Shown here: piece by piece, positions 11,821 through 25,145 of the stretch | How positions within the stretch are numbered: the first letter of the stretch is position 1 | Layout: every line of letters starts with the position of its first letter | DNA from: Octopus sinensis | Taxonomy: Eukaryota | Length of the DNA: 64,000 nt | Direction: 5' to 3' | NCBI RefSeq assembly: GCF_006345805.1 | Contig: NC_043008.1 | Coordinates: forward strand, 50,344,001-50,408,000 | The notes under the pieces: generated by a model | Seen by the model: the letters and a program-made list of their open reading frames with translations, nothing else | What the model was told of the DNA's origin: nothing | The model's database searches: none | Program-made: the position numbers and the translations under genes

Positions 11821-12780
11821 GCAATCTTAAAATCTCCTCATACCTTCTGTAGTATGTTGCAAAAGTTATACCCACCTCTGGGCTATAACTGAATTCTGTT
11901 ATGGAGTTTAATACGCCATCTGGCGAAAATGAACTTACTGCATTTTCAGACTTCTTTGCATACAGCTCCAATAATTGTTGTTGTTGTAGTTGTTGCTGTT
12001 GCTGCTGTGTTGCTGTTGCTGTTGAGCGGTCCGAACTGTAGTCCTTTGCTATTCGTAAGACCTGCAGAAGAGAAAGCAGGTCAACCCCCGACACCGAGAG
12101 CATCGACAGATGGATGAATGCGCATCCAGGCTCAGTGGTTGCGTAGGAAGTCGGGGACAAGAAACAGGAAGAAAGAGTCAGAGAAAGTTGGAGCGAAAGT
12201 GTACAACAGGAGTTGCCCCACCCCCTGCCAGAGCCTCATGGAGTTTTAGGCGTTTTCTCTCAATAAACACACACAACGCCCGGTCTGGGAATCAAAACCG
12301 CGATCCTCCGACCGCGAGTCTGCTGCCCTAACCATTGGGCCATTGCGCCTCCTGCAGTTGCTGCTCTTGTGGTTGCTTTTGCAACCGTATGATAGAAGCT
12401 AATAGGTCTTCAATCATTTCTCAAGTTGAATCACAAATAAATTGTTAAATATTCTGCATGAGCTTCGAAACCCTCATCGCCAGAATGTTGTATCCTTTAT
12501 CTCCAATGTTGTGGTACCACCACGATATTGCGACAGATGGTTTAGATACACTGTACCAGTGTTGTCACAATAAACAAGATTACAATGCAACTGTAATAAC
12601 CATGTAACAATCCAACAATCTCTTCACGAACCAACAATCAATATTCCAAACGAACCAATCAGTCGACACCTTTTGCCTTCACTGTGAACTCATCTCAAAA
12701 GGACACACAAACTTCTCTCTGACCACTGCTATTTATAATTGCTTGGTTCAGTCTATTTCTTGCAAGAGGGTTTCATGACT
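11821..12780 (-). mobile_element. Gypsy-type LTR retrotransposon remnant (LTR end, PBS, gag start), interrupted by a SINE
   Basis: Minus strand ...TACAACA-TTC-TGGCGATGAGG (LTR end plus PBS-like) near 12470-12492; gag-like NSITEFSYSPEVGITFATYYRRYEEI. The distal LTR boundary is approximate. Confidence 0.65.
12028..12352 (-). mobile_element. tRNA-derived SINE, family C variant
   Basis: Head GGAGGCGCAATGGCCCAATGGTTAGGGCAGC...GATTCCCAGACCGGGCG is shared with the copies at 22148, 27779 and 49590, but the 3' half differs. Confidence 0.75.
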
Positions 12781-12863
12781 GGAAGAAACATGTATATTTT
12801 GACCCAGCCAATTATTTCCAGTGAAATATTTTATCAATATCTGAATATTTTATCAATATCATA

Positions 12864-13278
12864 GTCGTAGGAGTGGCTGTGTGGTAAGTAGCTTGTTTAC
12901 GAACCACATGGTTCCGGGTTCAGTCCCACTGCGTGGCACCTTGGGCAAGTGTCTTCTACTATAGCCTCGGGTCAACCAAGGCCTTGTGAGTGGATTTGGT
13001 AGACGAAAACTGAAAGAAGCCTGTCGTATATATGTATATACATGTATATATGTTTGTGTGTGTATATGTTTGTGTGTCTGTGTTTGTCCCTCCAACATCG
13101 CTTGACAACCAATGCTGGTGTGTTTACGTCTCTGTAACTTAGCGGTTCAGCAAAAGCGACCAATAGAATAAGTACTAGGCTTGCAAAGAATAAGTCCTGG
13201 GGTCGATTTGCTCGACTAAAGCCGGTACTCCAGCATGGCCACAATCAAATGACTGAAACAAGTAAAAGAGTAAAAAAG
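12864..13278 (+). mobile_element. SINE family A, full length
   Basis: High similarity to 1281-1659. Confidence 0.85.
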
Positions 13279-14732
13279 ATTATTATGTTTTAACACAGCT
13301 CTGAGTAAATTCCTTTGTCAAGAAAAACATTTTTCTTCAGCAAGTATTGTGAATTAATCTGGTTTGGTATGAAAAGTTTTCTTTGATTAACTGACCTTAC
13401 AAAATTCATGCTTGAATAAGTTAGCTTGTACAGAGACATCTCACTTGCTGGTTTACAGAAGCAAAAATTTCCCTCAAGTCACTCCAACTTGCTCTGTTAA
13501 AAATAGAAGGAAACGTGGAGTAGTATAGTCCTACATAAGCTATTATATCATTGATTTGTTTCAGTCATTGGACTGTGGCCATACTGGGGCACTGCCTTGA
13601 AGGGTTTACTCAAACAGATTGACCCCAGGACTTATCTTAAATCTGGTACTTATGCTGTTGGTGTCGTTAGCTGAACCACTAATTACGAGGATATAAACAA
13701 ACCAACACCGGTTACCTAACACTGGCAAGGGACAAACACAAAGATACATGCACACACACACGCACACACACACACACACATGTATATATATATAATATAT
13801 ATATATATTACTTTCCAGTCATAAGGTTGCGGCTATGCTGGAGCATCACCTTGAGGAATTTTAGTCTAATTGACCCCAGAACTTATCTCCTTTTTAAGTT
13901 GGTACTTATTCTATTGGTATCTTTTTGCTGAACTGCTAAGTTACAGGGACATAAACACACCAACACCAGTTGTCAAGCAGCGGTGGTGGACAAACACAGA
14001 CAGTCAGACACACACGAACACACGTACAACAATTGGAGCCTGGTGTAGCTGTCAAACTGTCCAACCCACGCCAGCATGGCTAGCAGACATTAAATGATGA
14101 TGATGGTGGTGGTAATGATGATGATGATGATGGTGGTTGTGATGGTGATGATGATGATGGTGGTGGTGATGGTGATGATGATGATGGTGGTGATGGTGGT
14201 GGTGGTGGTGGTGATGATGATGATGATGATGATGATGCATTTTGGTTCATTCTGGTCACATCCTATTTGATTGGCAAAGTTGAACATAAACCGAAGTCAA
14301 AGTCGCAAATTTTGTCTTTTCTTTTCTTTTTTTTCTTCCTGGTGTGGGCTGTTCAATAATTTATGCCCGTGGTGGTGGAGGGAGCATGTTTATTATTTTA
14401 AAAGACCAGCCAAGCTATTCCATCCTCACATAATAGAGAAGATATTCCAATGTTTGGCCTAATCCAACAATTGGCATTGTCTAAGTTTATGTAAATACAA
14501 TTGACCATAAAATCACCCTGGAAAGTAAATGGGGAATTTTTCGTTTTATTTTTTGAATCTGAAGAACACTTAATCTACGACAATATAAACAAAGACGAGG
14601 AAAGATATTCAATATTTGGCAATAAAAATTTAGCAAATGTTGTTGTTGTTATTGTCGCCTAGTCTCTGGTCATTGCTCCTTATATTACCAAGAACATTCT
14701 AGCTGGGACCAATGTGTCTGTCTTCTATTTCC

Positions 14733-15138
14733 TACTCTTTTACTTGTTTCAGTCATTTGACTGTGGCCATGCTGGAGTACCGCCTTTAGTCGAGCAAATC
14801 GACCCCAGGACTTATTCTTTGTAAGCCTAGTACTTATTCTATCGGTCTCTTTTTGCCGAACTGCTAAGTTACGGAGACGTAAACACACCAGCATCGGTTG
14901 TCAAGCGATGTTGGGGGGACAAACATAGACACACAAACATATACATACACACACACATATATATATACAGATATATGACGGGCTTCTTTCAGTTTCCGTT
15001 TGCCAAATCCACTCACAAGGCTTTGGTTGGCCCGAGGCTATAGTAGAAGACACTTGCCCAAGGTGCCACACAGTGGAATTGAACCCGGAACCATGTGGTT
15101 CGTAAGCAAGCTACTTACCACACAGCCACTCCTACGCC
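14733..15138 (-). mobile_element. SINE family A, full length
   Basis: Reverse complement of 12864-13278. Confidence 0.85.
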
Positions 15139-16494
15139 TTTTCATTTCTTTTCCTGTCTGTGTTCTTAATTTCAGACATGAGACACAATTTTGTCTGTGT
15201 GCTTGAGAAACTGGCTTCCCAACCACATAGTTTCAGGTTCAGTTCCACTGCATGATGCTTTGGGCAAGTGTCTTCTATTATAGTCCTAGGCTAACCAACG
15301 TTGTGAGAGTAGATTTGGTTCATGGACACTGAAAGAAGCCTATCATACATACCCACGCACACATACATACCTACGCACACACACACACACATGTATATAT
15401 ATCTACTTTTATTCTTTTACTTGTTTCAGCCATTTGACTGTGATCATGCTGGAGCACCACCTTAAGGGATTTTAGTTGAAGAAATCAACCCCAGGACTTA
15501 TTCTTTGTAAGCCTAGTACTTTTTCTATTGGTCATTTTTGCTGAACTGCTTAGTTATGGGGATGTAGGGACAGACACAGAAGTTTTGCTTTAGGATTTGG
15601 CTCATAAATGTTAGAATATAGTAGGATTCCTTTGTACAAGGTTTGCAGGGTTTGTTATTACCTTGGTATGGTTGTGTGTGAGAGAGTATTTTCTACTTCA
15701 CGTTAAACGTTGTTTTTTTAAAATTTTAATTGCCACATATGTTTGGATAGTGATGTATCATTTTTTTCTGTTTGGGTTGCAAAGAGCATGTGAGTGTAGA
15801 TCTTGGAAGGATGAAAGGCATAGTCAACCTTGGTGGAGTTTGAACTTAGGATGTAGAGACACACAAAATGCTGCTAAGCATCTTGCCTGATGTGCTAACA
15901 ATTCTACTAGATTGCCACCTTAATTTCTTTCAAATATTCCCAATAAAATGCATTAATAATTTCTAGCAAATATTAATAGTCTATTTCTGTATTTTTTCCA
16001 CCCCTTTTTCTGAAAATTAACCTTTTTTTCTTTTCCCTTCAAATATGGATCGTGTCATTATTGATGTTCTTATAAATGTTTAGCCCCAAATCAGTGCTGA
16101 TGTAGCAGACTTAGGATCAAAAATATTCCAGCTATGACCATCTTGCCTTTTTATGCAAGGTAACCTAGAACCATATTATCCAATGGGGAATTTACCAAAA
16201 CTGTTGTTCAGAGGAAATATAGCTGCTATTTCTAAAAAGGTGTGCGATCATGTAGAGACCTTCTCCTTTAGCTCATAAATACTGGTTTCAAATTTTGGCA
16301 CTAGGCAAGCAGGGGTAGGGCAAATCAATTATATTGACCCTAGGCTCAACTGGTACTTATTTTATCAATGTGAAAAGATAAACGGCAAAGTTGACCTTGG
16401 TGGAATTTGAACTCAGAACATAAAGATGAACAAAATGCCAGTTTGGCTCGTAAACATTGTCTAGTAATTGTTGTTAATGTTTAGTCCAGGTCAG

Positions 16495-17547
16495 CACTGA
16501 TTAAGCAGTCAACAAAATTGAATGTATTATATTCATTATGGATGCAAACCAACTTTTTAAGACTAATTTTTCATGCTGATTTCAAAATTTCAATCCATTT
16601 GTATGCAGCACGTATCAGTTTTTCAGTAGATTCCTGCAGGTATTTACATATTTGTATATATGAAATCATTAATGTCATAAATAAGGACAGATTATTTTTA
16701 GAAAATAAATGAATTTATTGAACTAAAAATCATATTCATTCTACAAAGAGTGAATACACAAAAAAAAAATGGGTCAGACAAAACAGACAAAGTTAGAACA
16801 AGAGAGTTAGAAACATTGTGATTTGGATTTCTTGCAGTGTTCCTGATCTGGTTGATCATGGTAAAGTGTCAAGTAATAGTCAGCCAGCATACTGTTATTC
16901 CAGAAGCCTTGGTACTGTTTCTCCATAGCACTAATGTCCTGGTGAAATCTTTCACCATAGCCATCAGACACTGCTCCAAGGGTATCTGTGAAGAAATCCA
17001 GATGGGAGTCCAAGAAGTGAACTTTCAATGACATGCAACAACCCATTGCTGAGTAATATTTCAGAAGATTCTTGATGCCATCTTTGTAGTCCATTGCCTT
17101 CTTGTTGCCCAAGAAATTCCCACAGATCCAATTGAAAGCATTCCAGACAGGAATGCTTTCCTGTTCATCCAGAATTGTCTTGAAGTTGACATCTTTGAGT
17201 ACTTCTTTAATTTGGGGCCCAACAAAGATACTCTCTTTCAACTTCACCTATGTGAAGACAAAACTTGGTTGGTTAATTTCAAGATGATGAAATATTGCTT
17301 CTGAACTATGCAGCAATGAATAATGTGGTTTATTTTAAAGGTATGTTTCCATGATGTAAATGAAATACATGCATACACGTCATCTATTGGAATTTCTATA
17401 TAATGCTTGAGCTAAAACCAAAAAACTTTCTCATCTCGAAAACTGCACGTGATGTCAAAAAACTAATTGTATATTTGAAATCAGCATTAAAAACTACACT
17501 AAGTGCACCTTGACATTTGCTTGATGAAAAATACTTGTTGACCAGTG
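16495..17547 (-). mobile_element. internally deleted Chapaev3-like (CMC) DNA transposon with transposase C-terminal remnant at 16807-17247
   Basis: IFVGPQI...FLGNKK...MSLKVHFLDSHLDFF..LGAVSD..GERFHQDI..ME..YQG; CACTG terminus at 17547 and inverted subterminal ATGCTGATTTCAAA motifs. The family name is from recall. Confidence 0.7.
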
Positions 17548-17888
17548 GTGTAATCAGAGGCACTTCAACCATGACAATCCTGATTTTTCCTAAGAACAAT
17601 GAACCCAAGACCACATTATCTAATATGGACATTTTTAAGATGGTAAGCAGTGGCTTGAAGGAGATTTGGCTGCTATTTCTAGATGGTTAAACGACTACGT
17701 AGAGACTGTCCCTTTATTAGCCTGGAGTGGATAGAGTTGCAGAGAAGAGATATATAACAGACAAGTCAAAACTTTGACCTGGTTTCACCCTTTACTCCAA
17801 GTTGTAATCATCTCCGTCCTCTAACTAAACTTAGCCTTCCTACTCTTGCAGAAAAAAAGCAGGAAACTATATATATATATATACATAC

Positions 17889-17964
<76 letters not shown>

Positions 17965-17970
17965 TATATA

Positions 17971-18005
<35 letters not shown>

Positions 18006-18115
18006 CATATAATATATATATATATATATCATCATCATCATCATCATCATCGTTTAGCGTCCGCTTTCCATGCTGGCATCACACACACACACACATACAT
18101 ACATACATACATACA

Positions 18116-18151
<36 letters not shown>

Positions 18152-18163
18152 TATATATTATAT

Positions 18164-18206
<43 letters not shown>

Positions 18207-18614
18207 ACATACACACACAAACATATATATATACATATGCATACACATATGCACACATATATACATGCACACACACAAAACGCATGCATATGTGTGTGTG
18301 TGTGTGTGTGTGTGTATGCATGCATGTGTGTATGTATGTATAAATTCTATGCATAAAATAAAATAAATTTTGTTAAACATCAAACAATTTGGTTTCAGTT
18401 GTTGCACGCCCCACCCCCCATTCACCTCACCCTCTTTACATCTGCAAGAAATCAATATTTACTTCAAATGGGTCAAGTCAAACATGCCCCTCCATCCCTG
18501 CCCACTCCCCACCAGACAGTGACATTACTGTCTCAACTGTTAACTTCCTCATAGGAAAATATCATTGATTTCTTCTGATTGAGCACAAGGTCAATTCGTT
18601 CTGTAAGGACTGAC

Positions 18615-18646
<32 letters not shown>

Positions 18647-18771
18647 GCAGACAAACAGACAGACAGAGAGGGAGAGAGAAGGAGGCATAAATGGTTCATC
18701 TGATTCTTAATATATTACTGGTATGTCTTGCATAAACTTCAGGTGTGGTTGTGTGGTAAGAAGTTAGCTTT

Positions 18772-19843
18772 GGCAAGCTGGCAGAATCGTTAGCACGCTG
18801 GACAGAATGCTTAGCGGTATTTCATCTGCTGTTACGTTCTGAGTTCAAATTCCGCCGAGGTCGACTTTGCCTTTCATCCTTTCGGGGTCGATTAAATAAG
18901 TACCAGTTACGCACTGGGGTCGATATAATCGACTTAATCCGTTTGTTTGTCCTTGTTTGTCCCCTCTGTGTTTAGCCCCTTCTGGGTAGTAAAGAAATAG
19001 GTATTTCATCTGCTGCTACGTTCTGAGTTCAAATTCCTATTTCTGTACTATCCACTAGGGGCTAAACAGAGAGAGGACAAACAAGGACAGACGAATGGAT
19101 CAAGTCGATTATATGGATCCCAGTGTATAACTGGTACTTAATTTATCGACCCCGAAAGGTTGAAAGGCAAAGTTGATCTCGATGGAATTTGAACTCAGAA
19201 TGTAACGGCAGACGAAATATGGCCGCGCATTTCGCCCGGTGTGCTAACGATTCTGCCAGCTCGCCGCCTTTCTAAATTCAAATTCCTCCGTGGTCGACTT
19301 TGCCTTTCGTCCTTTCGGGGTCGATTAAATAAGTACCAGTTCTGCATTGGGGTCGATATAATCGACTTAATCCGTTTGTCTGTCCTTGTTTGTCCTCTCT
19401 GTGCTTAGCCCCTTGTGGGTAGTAAATAGGTACTTCATCTGTTGTTACGGTCTGAGTTCAAATTCCGACATGGTCGACTTTACCTTTCAGGGTCGATAAA
19501 ATAAGTACCAGTTACGCATAGGGGGGTCGATGTAATCAACTTAGTCCCTTTGCCTGTCCTTGTTTGTTCCCTCTATGTTTAGCCCCTTGTAGGCAATAAA
19601 GAAATAAGTTAGCTTTGGTGAGCTGGCAGAAACGTTAGCACACCGGGCGAAATGCTTTGCAGTATTTTGTCTGCTGTTATGTTCTGTGTTCAAATTCTGC
19701 TGAGGTCGACTTTGCTTTTCATCCTTTCTGGATCGATAAATTAAGTACCAGTTACACACTGGTGGTTGATGTAATCGACTTAGTCCCTTTGCCTGTCCTT
19801 ATTTGTTCCCTCTATGTTTTGTCCCTTGTGGGCAATAAAGAAA
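18772..19843. mobile_element. cluster of tandem and inverted SINE family B copies inside a family A head
   Basis: + copies at 18772-19036, 19275-19605 and 19617-19843; - copy at 19037-19270; flanking TAAGAAGTTAG duplication at 18757 and 19844. Confidence 0.85.
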
Positions 19844-20395
19844 TAAGAAGTTAGTTTCCCAACCTCATGGTTTCGTGTTCAGTCCCATTGCATGGTACCT
19901 TGGGCAATTATCTTCTACTATAGCTCTGGGCTTTGTGAATGGATTTGGTACGTGGAAACTGAAAGAAGCCTAGTAAATATATATATGTGTGTGTGTGTGC
20001 ATATATAAATGTTATCTATCACATATACTTAACGCATAAAACTGGTGTATTTGCTGGTAGGCTGCGAACTGGTTTGGTGGATAATACTCCCCAAAAGCAC
20101 CAGGTGAAGTAACTCACCTCTAATCCCATCATCCATCCATCCATCCATCCATCATCATCGTTTAACATCCACCTTCCATGATAACATGAAAAAGAAAATA
20201 TGTACAATCTTCATTTATTTTTATCAAAAAAATTAAGTTACGACAAAAGTATTATTATAGTTATGATAAATGTATTATTATGATTAATGACACTGAAAAT
20301 ATAAAAAAAACGAGGCTAATTAATTTAATGAATCAAGTATTATAACATTGATGTGATACTTACAGTATACCTACTTTTGCACCCCACTGTATATA

Positions 20396-20634
20396 TCATC
20401 ATCATCATCATCATTTAGCGTCCGCTTTCCATGCTAGCATGGGTTGGATGGTGCAACCGGGGTCTGGGAAGCCAGGGGGCTGCACCAGGCTCCAGTCTGA
20501 TCTGGCAGTGTTTCTACGGCTGGATGCCCTTCCTAACACCAACCACTCCGTGAGTGTAGTGGGTGCTTTTTATGTGCCACCCGCACAGGTGCCAGACGAG
20601 GCTGGCAAACGGCCACGGACGGATGGTGCTTTTT
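20396..20634 (-). mobile_element. RTE-type 3' end with (GAT)n tail
   Basis: Same CCATGCTAGCATGG...GATGATGAT tail as at about 21970-22070, 25455-25620, 28100-28467, 38260-38510 and 58755-59035. Confidence 0.7.
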
Positions 20635-20729
20635 ATATATACACGTATATATATATTATAACAAACTGAGGAAAAGAAATCCTTCAAAGGGGTGTGTTAA
20701 ACATCCAATTCACTGATACTTTCTGAACC

Positions 20730-20819
20730 AAGGACCCTGAAATGGCTTATATATAATGGAACTGTGATTATGTGTATCAGAAAAAAAACATATGTAAGTC
20801 GAAACAATTTGTTGGCCTT
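20730..20819 (+). ncRNA. degenerate type I hammerhead (core G8 deleted)
   Basis: AAGGACC-CUGAAAU-GGCUUAUAUAU/AUAUGUAAGUC (11-bp stem II)-GAAA-C-AAUUU-GUU-GGCCUU. Confidence 0.55.
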
Positions 20820-21359
20820 TTCCGGTTTTTATAATTATTTATATATTATATTACATTATATATTATATTCATAGGATTTAATGTAATATTGTAATCTAAA
20901 TAAATTATTGGATTGTCAATAGAATATTGGTATATATAATTTATTTTTATACATATATATAAAATTAAAATTAAAATGATGATGATGATGATCTCAACTT
21001 GGTCAGTGGATTCCTTGTTAGCTGAGTGCTTCTCAGCTTTAAACAAAGAGTTACTCTCTTCTCGACACTGACGAGCAGACTGGCTATTGAACCTTTCCTG
21101 GACTGAATCAACACAAATGCTGTCAAATGAGTCCTCTGTAACCATATCCAATAGAAACAACAAATGGTTAGCACTCAATAAAAAAGTAAGAATTACCCCA
21201 AACCAGGATTGCATATGAAAGATATTATGCTGTTATGAAGGGCAAAATCAACATGAAACAGCTAATTCAGAGAAATGTTGTCATCCATTGGAAGCATTGA
21301 ACAAAAACTTGTAAAACAAACATAGCCATTGTTTGTCAGTTGTAAGGGGTGTTGTTCAT

Positions 21360-21805
21360 AATCCTTTCTACTAAAGGCACAAGGCCTGAAACTTTTGGGG
21401 AAGGGACTAGTTGATTACATCGAACCCAGTATTTCACTGGTACTTAATTTATCAACCCCGAAAGGATGAAAGGCAAAGTTGACCTCGGCAGAATTTGAAC
21501 TCAGAACGTATAGGTAGACGAAATGCCGCTATGCATTTTGCCCGGCCTGCTAACAATTCTGCCAGCTTGCCACCTTGTCTATATTATAATCTTTTCTATT
21601 ATAGGCACAAGACCTGAAATTTTTGGGTAGGGGACTAGTTGATTACATCAACCCTAATGTTTCATTAGTGCTTAATTTATTGACCCCGAAAGGATGAAAG
21701 GCAAAGTCAACCTCGGCGAAATTTGAAATCAGAACGTAATGGCAGATGAAATACTGCTAAGAATTTTGCCCGGCATGCTAACAATTCTGTCAGCTTGCTG
21801 CCACA
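21360..21805 (-). mobile_element. two tandem SINE family B copies (short-tail subfamily)
   Basis: Direct repeat of about 225 bp, each copy ending in TAGAAAGGATTAT-like sequence on the minus strand. Confidence 0.8.
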
Positions 21806-22147
21806 TTGATCAAATAAGTAGGGGAAGTTCAACACAGCCCTTTGGCTTGTTGGATCCTGTCAAACTTCCCAACGTATGCCAGCATGGAAGATACATGTTA
21901 AACAAAGATGACAATGACGACAACGATGATAAAGAGGAAGATGATATACATTTGTAGGTATATCAGATAAGATCAGACTGGAGCCTGGTGCAGCCTTCTG
22001 GCTTCCCAGATCCCCGGTCGAACCGTCCAACCCATGCTAGCATGGAGAACAGACGTTAAACGATGATGAAGAAAAAGGTGGAGTGAATTCATTATTAGTG
22101 TTTTATACTAGTATCCACAACTAGTATTTTATACACTATCATGAGAT

Positions 22148-22443
22148 GTGTTTGTTCCTTCTCAAGCCATGCCTGGCTCATAGGGCCGGTTTCCTGGTTT
22201 CCTTGGCTTACAGGTTCCCCACCTGGACGGGACGCTGATCCGTCGCAGGTGAGCTGCAAGATGCAGGAGGAAAGATTGAGAGAAAGTTGCGGTGAAAGAG
22301 TCAGCAGAAGTTTTGCCATTACCTTCTGCCGGAGCCGCATGGAGCTTAGGTGTTTCACTCATAAATACACACATCGCCCGGTCTGAGATTTGAACCCGCG
22401 ATCCCTCGACCGCTGCTCTAACCACTAGGCCATGTGCCTCCAC
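22148..22443 (-). mobile_element. tRNA-derived SINE family C
   Basis: tRNA-like head; target-site duplication ATCATGAGAT at 22138 and 22444. Confidence 0.85.
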
Positions 22444-22919
22444 ATCATGAGATATATTGTCTGTTAAATAAATTAGCTCAATTAACCCAATTTCGCTATA
22501 AACACACAAGCACTTACTACTATTCACTTGTAATGATACTGAGCATCTGAGCAAAGGCAGTTTAATTTTTGCCTTCATAGCAAAATATTAATTTCATTTT
22601 GGATGTTCATTCATAACATATGGATTAATAATGTTGTGTGCTAGTATGTACTTTGAGCTCAAAAGGCATCAGAAATTGTGTCTTTATAATATCAAATTAG
22701 TTTCCATTTACTAAATTCTATACTGAATTCCATGCATTAAAGAAGTTTTGAATGCATCATTCATTTACTTTTTTTTTTTATATTTAATAATCATTAATTA
22801 TAATTTAGTTGGAGCCTGGCACTACCTATCTTTCCTACAAAGAGGGCATGCTTCTGATGTATATACATTCCTATATAAACTAATATATACACATTCCTAT
22901 ATAAACAAACATATGTTTA

Positions 22920-23830
22920 TATGAGGTTTGATCAACAAGTATCCGGACTGTTGCTATAGTAACGAAGCTAAAGTACATGGAGTGAGGCTGCTTGGCACAG
23001 ATTGACCTTAGACTCTGCTGTGCATGTGTACTAGGTTTTAACATTATAGCTCACTTCTGCTGTATACAGCAGTGCTTGGAAGGAACGTGTGTAGCATGTG
23101 ATCGTTGCATTGACCATGACAGAGAAAGTTGTCATGGCGAGACCTGCTCAGAGACCTACACAAATTTGCAGAAAGTGTATGGAGAGGAGTGTATGATCTG
23201 CACACAAGTGTACGGGTGGTTCAGATTTTTCTAAGATGGCCGAGAAAATGTCAATAGTGATGAACATTCTGGGAGACAAGCAAACAGCAGAACTGAGAAA
23301 AACATTGCAGATGTGTTGGTAGCTGTGAGAGGAAATCGTCAAATCACCATCCATGAGTTATTAGAAGATGTGCAGATTAGTTACAGTTCAGTCCATTATC
23401 ACTGAAGATTTAGGTATGAGACGTATGTCTGCCAAGTTTGTGCCAAAACTGCTTTCAGCTGACCAAAATCACATTCAGGTTTCAGTTACACAAGATTTTA
23501 TATAGTCTCTGTGTTGAGAATGTTGAAAACGTTTTGAAAACTTTGCGTAAGCTGAAATGAAGGAACAGTGTGCTTCTGTGAAATTCTGTTTTCTGCTGAG
23601 GAAAATGGCAGCTGAAACAGTTGTCATACTTCAAACAGCTTACAAGGATGCTGCCATGTGCAAAACACAAGTTTACGAATAGTTTTCATATTTTAGGAAT
23701 GGTCACTCATTGCTTGAAGACTAGTCTCATTCAGGGCACCCATTGACCTCCCGAATGGATGAAAACAACTTGAAAATTCTTGGAGCAATGTCACCGAACA
23801 ATTGATGAACTTGTTCATGTGACTGGTGTA
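22920..23830 (+). mobile_element. decayed mariner element with two different transposase N-terminal (HTH) segments
   Basis: ETYTNLQKVYGEECM..TQVYGWF..F*DGRENV.SDEHSGR and EQCASVKFCFLL.K.AAETV..LQTAYKD....KTQVYE*F; TA-TGAGG start. Confidence 0.8.
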
Positions 23831-24104
23831 TTCAGAATATAAAGACGGATGAAATGCCACCAAGTATTCTACTCGGTGTATCAATGATTCTATCTGGTCA
23901 CCTTATAATATAAATATGCTGGCTATCCACAATGATCCATTTTATAGTACTGAAGCACTTAGAAAGAGATACTGGTACAGGTTAACTTCAATCGCTGCAG
24001 TCGAAACATATGTAGGTCAGATGTATATGCTGTAGGAAAATCTTAAATAAAGAAACTTTTGGATGTGAATAAAATCTCCACTCTCCTCTTCATTATCAAT
24101 GGTG

Positions 24105-24186
<82 letters not shown>

Positions 24187-24832
24187 TCACACACATATAT
24201 GTTTATTCTTAAGCAAGAATAGTATTGACAGTGGCCTTGAAGTTTTGGCCAGTTAAGCAATCATTTTACTGTAATGCAGTCAAGTTAATCTTGACTATAT
24301 ATATTCTGTGTTGGGTTGAAGTCTTCCTTGGTTGTGTGTGTTTGAGTAGGATACAGTACAATGAACACCTACAGAGAAATGTACAGGCCAAGAAACCTTT
24401 ACACCTCACTAAATACTTTTGTGAACATCAGTGCACAAGGAAAACAATTTTCTACACTATCAACACCATGACATGCCTGACTAATAGTCACCACCTTGCA
24501 AATAAAATATAAAATATCAAAAATGTAACAACAACAGGTAAAAAAAAACTGACCAGCTACTTCCATTCTTTTGTGAACCTTTAAAAATTTCCATCCCAAA
24601 ATAGTTGACACACCCAATTACTAAGGTTTTAAATGCTGGACTTGGTTTCGCTGACCTTTACATTGTCAAAGCAAAGGATTAAATTGAATAAAACCAAATG
24701 TAGCTAAAACTACCGACACATCTTGGGGCTACCTAACAAACAGACACACACAAACACACTCATGTTTACAAAGCTCTACACACATGAATATATTCTAAAC
24801 AATAGCATAACACCGAAATTTAATCAAATGAA

Positions 24833-25145
24833 GGTGCATGACTCAGTGGTTAGAGTGTCGAGCTTACGATCATAAGGTTCTGAGTTCAATTCCTGGACCG
24901 GGCTGCATGTTGTGTTCTTGAGCAAGACACTTTATTTCACGTTGCTCCAGTTCACTCAACTGTGGAAATGAATTGCAATGTCACTGGTGCCAAGCTGTAC
25001 TGGCACCTTTGCCTTTCCTTTGGATAACATCAGTGGCGTGGGAGAGGAGGCTGGTATGCATGGGTGACTGTGGGTCTTCTATAAACAACCTTGTCTGAAC
25101 ACGTGCCTTGGAGGGTAACTTTCTAGGTGCAATCCCATGACCACC
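24833..25145 (+). mobile_element. tRNA-derived CORE-like SINE, family D
   Basis: TGACTCAGTGGTTAGAG...GAGTTCAATTCC head followed by GTGTTCTTGAGCAAGACACTTTA. Confidence 0.7.

Noticed and set aside
23890-24025. GAAACAUAUGUA-GGUC hammerhead 3' half
   Set aside because: No recognisable CUGANGA with a matching stem II upstream; at most a very decayed relic.
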